In this document: piece after piece, positions 51,604 to 62,777 of the stretch | Numbering within the stretch: the first letter of the stretch is position 1 | Layout: every line of letters begins with the position of its first letter | NCBI GenBank assembly: GCA_964658305.1 | Contig: OZ210885.1 | Location: 17,236,001-17,300,000, forward strand | Origin: Leptogorgia sarmentosa | Taxonomy: Eukaryota | DNA length: 64,000 nt | Reading direction: 5' to 3' | Made by a program: the position numbers and the translations under genes | Notes under the pieces: model-generated | Database searches by the model: none | What the model saw: the letters and a program-made list of their open reading frames with translations, nothing else | Told to the model about the DNA's origin: nothing

Positions 51604-54600
51604 TAGTAGGGTCAATAGTTGGAGTTTCGTGACCAACCTCCGGCTAGTAAAGTTTGATGATTTATTTTTGTTCTTTAGGGTATTTATAACAAAATAAGCT
51701 TCCATGCCGGTCTGGGAAATTTGGGCAACAGTCTGTAGAGGGTAAAATAAAATACAGCAAATGGCGGCCATTTTGAATATATAATTTTTTCAACATTGTG
51801 GTATTATTTGATTACTGTTTGTTCGAAAATACCTTTTTTAGTAATTTGAGACAGAGAAATACATTTCTAGGATTATTAATGTTATTAAATATATCCTTCT
51901 ATTATAATATACAATTTGGTGTTTGAATGGCAAATGTCTATGTACATAACGATATGTGTTCTTTAATTTTTTTCTCAGCCATACTCATCTGAGGAGATGT
52001 CCGCATCACTGTCACTGTCAGATCTCTCAGTTTCATACTCTGAGTCGAGACACTCTCTCCGGATGTTGAAAGCTTTTTACGGGCTTCGGAGCTTTTTGCC
52101 ATTTTGTCGTATAGCGTCGTTTTTCCATGGCCATAAAAACAGCTATTAGCATCAGAGCCAGTCGTGACATGAAACTGGATAAGACATTTTGCGATCTCTT
52201 CGTCCGTGCACATGCCTCGACAGAAAAAAAGTTCATCCTTTTTCTTTATGCATATAACGCCAGGGACATCATGTGAAATGGCAGCTGCCTGTATGTAAAC
52301 ATCAGTGTCCGCTGCGTCTATGACGACAGGGTCATTTTGGCCAGATGCCCTCAGAGCTGTGTAGAAAGACAACATGATTGTGTCAGCTTCGCACTGATTG
52401 AATGCCAAGTCTGGTAGAACATTGCCAGATGAGAGGTTTACACAATCTTCTCCTACTGAGTAAAGCAAGACCTGATTAATGGAGTGTGCAATCTCACATA
52501 GTTGGGATCTGATTAGGGTTTGAAGACGCTTCTTATTTGCAGAACTGCAAAGAAAGGTCTTAAAATCTCTGATCGATGGAAACTTGTCAGTTAACTTCAT
52601 GTACACATTGGGAATATGACCTTTACCCTGAATACGCAACTCACGTTCGTCATCTTTAATAGATTCAGTACGGTCGTAGGGATCGTTGATGCACACGATA
52701 GTAGTAGCGTCCACATGATGGGCAAATAGCATGCCGATAACTTTTTTGGTGTAATCACTCCACGTGTAAGCAGACCCATCGGGCTTCTCTCGGTCATCCA
52801 ATGTGGGAGATGCAAGACGCCAGATCAACGCAATGTAGGATGGGACCGCAATTGGCTGTTGTACCAGCTTCTGTAGCAACTCACTTTTCTGCGTCTTCCT
52901 GGAGGTACCATTGACATTGAATAGTGTGAGACATTCTTCAGTTATGCGATATTCCATTATTTCAGCAAGCGATATCAGGCCGCTTATGTCAACAAGATTG
53001 ACAACGGACGCTAATGCTTAGCTCTCCATTTCCCCTTGTTTCACTTTTGAGGCTTCGCCAGTTTTGTTGGACAGTGCTTTAGCGAAAGTGAGACGGGAGT
53101 TGTGTTTGATACGATCATGTAGAGACTTCTTCTTCGAATATACACGTTCATCCATGAATTCTTTCAACTTTGTTTCACCATCAGCTTTGGCTGTCATGAA
53201 ATCGTGGACCAACTCGGTTGAAGCAGGAATTGCTGATTGCAATGCTCGTAGATTCGGCGATGCAGGATTAAAAGGGAAGCAATCAAACTCATTTTTACAC
53301 AAAATGAGATCTTGGACAGCTTGCTCGTCCTTACGCATCTTCGAGACAATTGCTTTTTGTTTACCTGATTATGAACAGCAGCGCGAACACGACCAAGGTT
53401 GTTTGCATTCCTAATGTCAGTCATCAGTTGATTCTCATTTCGGAGGATCGACAGCCAGCCAGCTTTCAACTTTGATCCTTTATTCATAGTCATCTCGATC
53501 CACATGTCCCAGGGAATTGACAAATACGCATTACCCGTAATAGACTGGGCGAAGTTTGAACTGAAAAACTGGGTTTGTTCTGGTGGTAGTGACGAGAGCA
53601 TTGTCCAAAAATGTGGAAGCCAGCGTCCATAATTATTCTGATCGTAGATAACCATCCAGGGCATCATCTTGTGCAACGAAGTGAGGTACTCGACCCAATT
53701 GCATGTATGAACGGCATTTACGTTCATCATCAAGATCTCCACCATCGTCATAAAATCAAGTCAGTAGCAGGCCATGTCTGTCCTCTCAATGTTTTCAAAC
53801 ATGCTATTGACGAGGGCATCTAAGGCTGGATCAGATTCGAGTTCCTTGTGAGCACTAGCAAGGGTTTCTTGGGAGTTTTTCTTCAGATCGCTATACGAGA
53901 CAGCGTGAAAGCATCGAGCTGTAATCGATCATGAAGTCGTTTTAGGAGCATATGCATGAGTGCTTCATACATTAACATGAGGCAACGAAGAGCTCATTTA
54001 TAATGCTTCCCCTTTAATGCTTGATCAACAGAACCCTCAGCAATTACACCAGCAGCAACTAAGACATCAGCTAGCTCCCTCCCTTGATGACGCTTGTATA
54101 TAGTATACATCATAAAACATTGAGTATGGAATGGACCAAGGAATGGAATGATTTGCTTGAATTTGTCTGGATGTTCGCTCTTAATCTCAACAACAGTGTG
54201 TACACTGGTTGATCACCGACAACTACTGCAAATGGCATGTTCTTTCTTTCAATCGCGCACTTTGCCTTGTTTAGAACATCGTTACAAACCGACTTCTTGG
54301 GAGGATCTGGATAGGTCATAAAGTAGTAAGGTTTGCTCTTTTCTACAGACGATGACATCAAAGCCTGGAAACCAGAAAATGCAGGAACGACTTGATCAAC
54401 AATCGGAGGTCTCTCGCAAGTAGAATTTGCGCGAACCAATGCGTGAATAAGAAAACGCTTTCTTTGAGGCTCTGTACTTCCAAGTATAAGTTGGACTCTG
54501 TCACTGACTGCTGGCTCCCCTCGTTTACGGGTGATGTATCGTTCGTGTGCCGTCATGCCTTTCGTTATCTCTTTAAGTTTCGATGACAGGACTCTTCTAT

Positions 54601-56268
54601 TTTTAACACGTTCACCATCCTGATAACCATGATGTTCAAGAGTGAGCGACTGGACATACATAACGTTAGTGCGATGTGATGTATCGCCACCAGTCAACGT
54701 GTCATTTCGAAAATCATCGTTGTCAACGATGATGACACCTGGTGTGTTCTCAGCAATCTCATTTGGACACTCAGCGCATAGTTGTATATCATGCAATGCC
54801 CATGCATCGCGCAATAGGAGAACCAATGGATAACCAATACCAACACCACATTTGTGGAATGTATCGACTAACTCCTTACTACGAGTGAGACCGTGCAAAT
54901 TCATACTAAGGTTTGTTGTCGTGATTGTTGGTCTGCCAGTGACATAGTAGGTGATCATTGAAGCTAGAGCACGGGCTTTGTTATCATGCTCAACCTGTCT
55001 AGGTTTTTTGAGTGACAAGATAAGCTGAACAAGTAGAGTGGAAAGGTTTTCCTCTTGCTCTAGTTCAGCAACTTGTGGTGGCCAAGGGATTGTTGTTGTT
55101 TGCTTTATCTCGCTCCTCAGCCTGCTTGCCACGTTCTCTATTAGTTGGTCACTACTTATTCCAAGCAAGGAGATAGTTGCCTCAATGTACGAAGCACCAC
55201 CGTCCGTATCATAGACAACCTCACTCTCAGTTTTCTGAGGGCGTACATGAAAACCTAAGTCGTCTCCTAATTCCCGTATTAACATCTCTTTCAGATAGCT
55301 CGATTTGACACACGACGTTGGGAAACCGTAAGTGCCTACAATGTTTTTATAATCGCTTAGCAATCCTTGAAGCGTCCTGATCTCATGGTTTTCAAAAATA
55401 ACCTGACGAGCATGGTTTAGAAACATAGTCTGCGCTTCACGAAATGTCACTTGATTAAGGAGGTTGGGTTGTTCTTCAACAGGCAGCTTATGATATGCAC
55501 CAATGTACTTAAGCCAACACTTGTGATGGTATCTTATCTCAGTCGAAAAGGGGTCAGTTACTGAGTCGATAAGGCGGTTTATTCGATCTCTCATGTGGTC
55601 ATCCTCAAGTACTACGGTGTGGCTTTTAAAAACGTTCCATGACGTTATGTATGAAATGAGAAGCAGTTTTCCTGTGCATTCGAGATGCTTGGTGTCTTCA
55701 GGTTTCATGCACCATACACAGAGATTTTTCTCATGTACAATACCCACCGCAGACCGAAGGCGTTTTGGTGCAGGTGTTGCCAAACCGTCATCACCTGCAC
55801 ATTTGGGGTGATCGAAGGATTCAGATTCTCTTTCACGTTTTTGTTGCCTGGATTTTGCTCTATCTAGTTTATCTGAGCTGGATATATCAAGTCGACAATA
55901 GGGGTGTATGTGTTTTTCACTGGGTCCAAGATGCCAGTCAACAGTGTCATAAACATCTCCAAACCTATCGAGACCTTTCCAGTTCGAAGCTTTATGCTTT
56001 AGTTTTTCCCATGCTTCTTTACTTAAGTTGTCGATTGCATTTCATGCATTACATGGTTTTTTGCATTGAAGTAGACAAGAGAACTTCGTAGAAGTCATTT
56101 TCTACATGTTTTGAAAAACTACAAGAATACATAATTTCCGGCTAATTTACAAAATCCAGGTGAAAAATTGCTGTTTTCAATAAAGGAAACAACCCGTACT
56201 TCATGTAAGATAAATATAGTGTTACTAGCCAGAGGTTGGTCACGAAACTCCAACTATTGACCCTACTA
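51604..56268 (-). mobile_element. Academ (AcademX) DNA transposon
   Basis: 47-bp TIRs starting TAGTAGGG (46/47 identical; 51604-51650 and 56222-56268). 3-bp TSD GTA. Contains transposase plus XPG-like nuclease. Confidence 0.92.
51938..55783 (-). pseudogene. Academ transposase fused to an XPG/FEN-like nuclease, several frameshifts
   Basis: RYHHKC; IVDNDDF...SHRTN; VVGDQPVY; DQNNYGRW; DMWIEMTMNK; EADT...DAADTDV...TGSDANSCFYGHGK. Confidence 0.88.
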
Positions 56269-56552
56269 GTACGAGTCATGGCCATTCATCCGATTTTTGA
56301 GTGTTTGTCATACTTCACTAATTCTTCGCTTTTAATTGGCTGATTATATGGACCATGTTAACCAGCTTTACTGATTGATGCTTTTGCAGATACTTGTGTA
56401 TATGGGAAAACAGTTTTAGTTGGAGTGCATATATACATACCTTACTCTATCTGGTTCACTACTTTCCTCATTCATTCTTGTCAGTTTGGTTTGTTCTTCA
56501 CAGCTTGCCACTGCAAAGTTATCGACAAATTCCCCAATGATCTCATTGAAGT

Positions 56553-56993
56553 CAGGGGCGAAACTTAAGGGGGGGTTAGGGGGGATGACTAACCCCCCCA
56601 ATGCTTAACTTTGCAGGGCAAAGAGGGAGTTCGCAGGTTCGCAATGATTTGATCGTTCTAGCATGTGAGAAAGATCTAACAGACAATATTGACTTAAATG
56701 TAGTTTTAAGAACTTGGGCAACAGCAAAGATGCGTAAATTGCCATTAAAGTTTACATGAAACGTTTTCGTGCTTGTAAGCCGTTTTATAAAGAATACAAA
56801 ATGTACTAAGCAAAATGATATTGCTCCGTTGTTCATTCCTTGTGAAAACCTGTAGAATCATTGCAATGTTATAATATATAGTAAATTTTAATAAATAGGT
56901 GCTGTTATGTTGCAGGGCATTCCATTTTCTTGCAGGGCATTTTTGCCCATAACCCCCCCCCCCCCCATTGAGAAGGTGCAAGTTTCGCCCCTG
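56553..56993. mobile_element. hAT-type MITE
   Basis: 14-bp TIR CAGGGGCGAAACTT. 8-bp TSD ATTGAAGT (56545-56552, 56994-57001). Confidence 0.92.
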
Positions 56994-57417
56994 ATTGAAG
57001 TATTCGACCTTCTTTTCCTTTGTCATGTGAAGTATACCTGACGGTGGTGCATGCAGCATCGGTTTATCATCCAACTTTTCCATTCCCCAAAACGTCAAGG
57101 CCGCTTCCAACAAATATACTTTGCCAACACTTAAAATGAATTGTTCAGATCCTTCGTACAATCTTGTGACCTTTTCTGGTGTAACATTTCTCCGATTATA
57201 CTTCTCACGGAAATATTTCAGTGTTCCAGCATCCCTTACAGATTTTGGTTTGTGGAGCAAGTTGTATATTAACTACAATTTAAAAAAACATGGCTGTCAA
57301 ATTTAAAAAACGTGGCTGTCAAAATTATGACTTTTATACTGTATATTTTACACTTTTTATATTTAATTGTATATGTTTCTTTATTGCACTATAGATCTAT
57401 CCAAACATGCAATCTTA

Positions 57418-58114
57418 CACAGTAAATCAAAAGGGGCCAAAATTTTGACCCTGAGACGGCCCCTATTAAATGGGGCCATTTTGGCCCCTGAAGAATAGGG
57501 CCGATTTTGGCCCTATTTTTTTAGCCATTTCGGCCCCAAATCAGGGCCAAAATAAACCCAAGCAGTAGGGCCAATTTGGCCCCATTTAAGCTAAATTGGC
57601 CCTGTTTATTAATTTTGGCCCCTGGCTAGAAGGGCCAATTTGGCCCCTATTTAAGCTAAATTGGCCCTGTTTATTAATTTTGGCCCCTGGCTAGAAGGGC
57701 CAATTTGGCCCCTATTTAAGCTGAATTGGCCCTGTTTATTAATTTTGGCCCCTGGCTAGACGGGCCAATTTGGCCCCCATTTAAGCTAAATTGGCCCTGT
57801 TTATTAATTTTGGCCCCTGGCTAGAAGGGCCAATTTGGCCCCTATTTAACCTAAATTGGCCCTGTTTATTAATTTTGGCCCCTGGCTAGAAGGGCCAATT
57901 TGGCCCCTATTTAAGCTGAATTGGCCCTGTTTATTAATTTTGGCCCCTGGCTAGACGGGCCAATTTGGCCCCCATTTAAGCTAAATTGGCCCTGTTTATT
58001 AATTTTGGCCCCTGGCTAGAAGGGCCAATTTGGCCCCCATTTAAGCTAAATTGGCCCTGTTTATTAATTTTGGCCCCTGGCCAGAAGGGCCAATTTGGCC
58101 CCCATTTAAGCTAA
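57418..58114. repeat. CACTA/EnSpm-like terminus followed by ~8.4 copies of a 65-bp tandem repeat
   Basis: CACAGTAAA at 57418. Units start at 57568, 57632, 57697, 57762, 57827, 57892, 57957, 58022 and 58087, built from palindromic ggccaa/ttggcc motifs. Confidence 0.85.
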
Positions 58115-59278
58115 AAAAATAACATTAGGCAGTTTGGTAGCAAAATATTTATTATACTGAAAAAAATTTAAATATAGTACATGTTATGAAGTGTATTTAC
58201 AGACACTGTATTTACATAATTTATACACACTATACACACTACAATATGACATATATTAAACATTTGACAACACACCAATCAAAGTTTTTACAGATGGTGG
58301 GCATTTCTCAGGGATAATGCCCATTAATGCCATGTCCAAAAAACCATACACATTTCTCCCAATGTTTTGTTCCACATTGAAGAGGTAGTAAGTGGCCAAC
58401 AAGGCCACCAAGGCATCGCACAGTTTTTTCGTCATGATATTGCACAAAACCATTCCTTCTGTTACAATGTAAACCAAATGGCTGTCATACAGGTCATCCA
58501 CCATCATTATAACTGGCTGGACCTGCAGTGATATCTCCTTGTCCAGAGTCGAACCATCCTATAAGGAGAAGGACATTCTTAAAATTCATGACACATATCA
58601 TCTAAACCATTTACTTTAACCAAATACCAACTGGAATTCCAAATATGAAGAAATCATCCAATAGCTTCAATAACTTCAACTATTCAACTGATAAATACTA
58701 TACTAAAGCTAAAGGATGTGCACCATGGAAAGTACAGTTCAACATGGAATCACAATTCATAATTAATATGTTGATACAGTACCCAGCAAAGTGTGAAGCA
58801 TTCTAACATTTATCACCTTACCTGAACAACCTTAAGGACAGCTTCATTGTTTTGATGCTTTTCAACACCCTTTTTGTTTGGTGGCCTGAATATTGCCTCG
58901 GCTACTTTGATGGCAGCTCGCTCTTTACATTCATCTGCAGTGACACAATTAATGCAATGTTAGAATTATGTAGCATCCCCTGTTGGGCATTCTGTAAACG
59001 AACATAATTTTTGAATATTTTAATACTCTACTACGGTGGCCCAGAAGGGACACCGCTTCATACAAAAATACATGCTGCAAACATTATTTTGTGCAGTGCA
59101 TTTCTTCTAACTTTGTATAGCACATTACATCAAACAGAAAATATTGTATATTCTTAAAAATTAACACGCCCAATCATACTAAAAATGTGCAGCAACTCTT
59201 CACTAAGTCATTTAAAACGCTGCGCGCGCAGGTTGACGCGAGGAGACTGGGGCGGAGTTAGGGAAAGTAAAAAGAAAT

Positions 59279-60492
59279 ATGGCGGAAGATTTGAACAGTA
59301 TTGACAGGGAAGGCTTGCCTAGTTCAGGAACAGAAAGAGAAATCATCGAGTATTATTTTCACAGGGGCTTTCAGTACAAAAATATTGTGTTTCTCTTAGA
59401 AAAATACCACAATATAAGGTTGTCGGAAAGAACTTTGAAATGAAAATTAAAGGATTTTGGGTTAAAGCGCCGTGAATCTGTTGACGAAAATATTGAAAAC
59501 AGGGTAAGAAACGTGATAACGGACGAAATATCTGCCGGACCGGACAGATTGAATGGATATCGATCAATGTGGCATATTTTAAGATTACGCCATCACATCA
59601 ATGTACCTCGCCGATGGTGGCTTCCATAATGAGAGAAGTTGATCCTGAGGGTGTGGAACTTCGAAAGCGCCAACGTCTCCATCGACGCACTTATGTTTCT
59701 CCAGGACCAAATTTTGCCTGGCATGTCGATGGCTACGACAAACTTAAACCGTATGGATTTTCAATCCATGGTTGTATCGATGGCTTTAGCCGAAGAATAT
59801 TGTGGCTGCAAGTTCAACGGTCAAATAAAAAGCCAAAGATAATCGCAAGATATTTTTACGACTATGTTAAAGCCACCGGAGGGTGCCCCGTCCGTCTGCT
59901 GACCGACCGTGGGACCGAAAATGGAATAATTGCAGCTATGCAATGTTACTTCCGTGCCAACGGGCAAGATGGTTTTGCAGGATCAAAAGCTCACCAGTAT
60001 TTATCCAGTCCAAGCAACCAAAGAATAGAATGCTATTGGTCTTCCCTACGCAAGCTACGTTCTAGCTGGTGGATAGATTTTTTTGCCGGTGTCCTAAACC
60101 TGTCAAATGATGTCCACAAGGAGGCACTTTGGTTCTGCTTTGCAGATGTACTTCAGAAAGATCTGGACAATACAAGAGAACATTGGAACTCGCATAGGAT
60201 AAGGAAATCTCATGAGACCACTGTACCAGGCATTCCTGATATTTTATACTTTCTGCCTGAACAATCAGGAGAAGGCAGAGAAGACTGCCTCCAACAAGTT
60301 CAGCCATTCATGCTACAAGAAGTTGAACAACAAATTCTTGATGAAGCACAAGAAGAAACAGATGAAATTATTTGGGAAGAATATTTCCATTATGTCATGG
60401 AAAATAATGGATTGACACATGCAGCAACCATTTTGGAGGCCGGAGAACTATTTCAGTTACTGGTTAGTTTTGCTTCTGGAGAACACGACTAA
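59279..60492 (+). pseudogene. IS3EU integrase-core DDE transposase
   Basis: ATG 59279, in-frame TGA at 59441, frameshift near 59610. WHVDGYDKLKPYGFSIHGCIDGFSR, TDRGTEN, NQRIE, WNSHRIR. Confidence 0.92.
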
Positions 60493-60715
60493 TTAATTAA
60501 ACAAAAAAGTTGCAACCTAAACACAGTGAAATTTTAGCAACATTTAAAATTGATTTAATGTAGAAACTCAAACCTAACATTGTTTCTTTAAATAACAATA
60601 AGAACAAAGAACATTAACTAGTATACAGTTATGGTTGAGAGGAAAGTTAATACAAAAGATCCTTTTAAAAACTAACCCAACATCATTTAGGTCATAATTA
60701 TTACTTTATTAGTAT

Positions 60716-62777
60716 CTATTTCTGTCCAAGTCCATAATCTTGGAAAATGTCTTCCATAACATTTTTTGCAAACAACTCTGTGCTGCTCTTTGTGTACCTC
60801 TCATTAACCGGTATACAAATTGTCAAAGCACAAGTATTACCTGTAAGCCTCTTATGTGCATCAGTGCACTGGTGGTCAAATACTAAAGATCCTTCAAAAT
60901 TGGGGAACCGTGACCCACTCCCAAACTGTAAGATATCATTAAGGGAGAGGGCTTTCACAACAGGGTTGTCGTCTGTCTCTACTGCCTCATCAGGATTATT
61001 CCAGTCTGGGCAAGCAAGGACATCAGATTTCAATTTGCCATCTTTGGCTCTCTTAAGAAGCTGTTGCCACTTATACACAATTTCTGTTTCTTTGTCAAGC
61101 TCATCTGTGCTAACAGCAGAAAAACTGGGTTTAAAACATAATTTTGCATCCTCAGCATTTACTTCCTGATGCTCTAACTCTGCCAACCCAGCTTGAAAAA
61201 ACTTCACCAACTCAGGCAGCACACCAAAGGTACTTAATCCTTTGCAAAAACTGAAAATCTCTTCAGCTACACTACTTATAACAATATGTTTAGAGCAAAA
61301 CCTAATTAAATCATCTTTATCTTTCAAAGTGACAATTGGTTTAGTGTACCCCATGTCAAATCTTTCAAGAAAAGAGTTGACTAAAACTAAAAGCTCATCC
61401 TCACAATTGCAACTTTGAATCTGAGCCAGTTTTGTTTTGAACTCTGATTCTTGAGGCACTTCATCAAGAATAACGTCTACTGACTTCTCAAGAATGAAAG
61501 ATGCAACTGAATGGCAAAGAAAATGTGGCCCAGGGCATCGATTTAATAATGCAAGGGCAGTTAATTTCCCAAACATCTCAAATTGCCCTTCTTCCAATGC
61601 ATTCAAATTATGCCTGAAGGTTAGATTGGGGTAGGTACCACGGAATATATTACCACTATTTAGTATACCCTGAAAAAAATTAGTAAAGAACTCTCTAGTG
61701 ACACCCCCTGTATCAACTGCTTCTTCCCCAATGAATTTAACTATCACTCTACCCTTAATATCTTCATCTTTCAACTGCTCGAATGTTCTTTCAACCAAAT
61801 GTTTTCTGGTTACTTCAATGACTGTGTACTGTTCATTGGGCACATCATTCATTTTCATTTCAAGTGCCTCCTTCAAGGAATTGGCCACTGCATAAACATT
61901 CACCCTATTTTTTTCTGTATTGGCAAGAATAGGTGCATTTTCATCCTGCTGGCTTTGGTGGATGGCAAGTAACATCAATGGATCATCATCACTATCCATA
62001 ACAAAAATAGGTGACTTTTTTATTGTTGTGCTTACATGTTCAGTGTCAGTGTCCTTTTCCTCAGATGCTCTTATAGGCACTGTGGGTTTCTCCTCATGCT
62101 TTGCAACCTTTACGTCGTAATTTTCATCAGACAGAGTCAGACAACTGGTTGTACTGAAACTCATCACGAAGGCAAAGATAAAAAGTAAGCTTTTTATAAT
62201 CTTTGGAGATAGCCTCCTTATATTTCATCAGAGAAAATGTCTCGGTAGTCCCTGGAACAAAGTACACCTCACTAAAATCTGGGTAAAGAAGAACATACGG
62301 ACTGGCACGATCAAATGATTGATCGAAGTTACCATGTTTAACGATTGCCTTATCAATCAATTCATCTCGTTTAATATCATTGTTTACTTTTAATATATGT
62401 GTCTTATTTCGGCGTGTTTTGAAAACACCATCACTGACATATGCTAAACCGACTTTGATCTCAACCTCCTTTGGTTGTTTGACCGAGGCTCATTGGTACG
62501 CTTCTGTTTCTTCGATGGCTTAAAATCGTTCTGCCTACTAGTTTCCCGAATGCGATAGAGTTCACGAAAACTTAAAGTTGAGGACTGACCGAGGTTGAGA
62601 AGTACCAGGGCGGTTTATCGCTGTCGTATTTGTTGATGATGTTGTTGGCGTACTTTGCAAAGCTTCGTGACTGCAGGACTCATCGCCTTGTCTGTTGTTT
62701 GCCAAAACTTTTGATAGTTCCTGTCTCATGGTTTGCTGGATCGTATTTCGAATATCATTCTTTAATTCATCCGACAT
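60716..62777 (-). pseudogene. HECT-domain E3 ubiquitin ligase (G2E3-like) carried inside the IS3EU element
   Basis: VKFIGEEAVDTGGVTREFF; FGKLTALALL..PGP.FL; LQFGSGS; NTCALTICIP (catalytic Cys position); ends YGLGQK*. The N-terminal part is broken by frameshifts (~62560-62170). No introns apparent. Confidence 0.88.

Larger units (their letters stand above)
50735..57273 (-). pseudogene. Second Academ-type (DUF6589-like) transposase gene, 3' part, interrupted by AcademX and a hAT MITE
   Basis: DAGTLKYFREKYNRRNV...FILSVG..YLLEAALTFWGM (~57000-57260) and MAHRVTWSQYVNWNGGQGKNIACDMAQEICNRVNK...MGPNKT (50735-51226). Confidence 0.6.

Noticed and set aside
57568..58114. CRISPR-like array
   Set aside because: Head-to-tail repeats with no unique spacers, no cas genes, eukaryotic context.
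60716..62167. Host G2E3 gene
   Set aside because: No PHD/RING region, no introns, and it lies within transposon TIRs.
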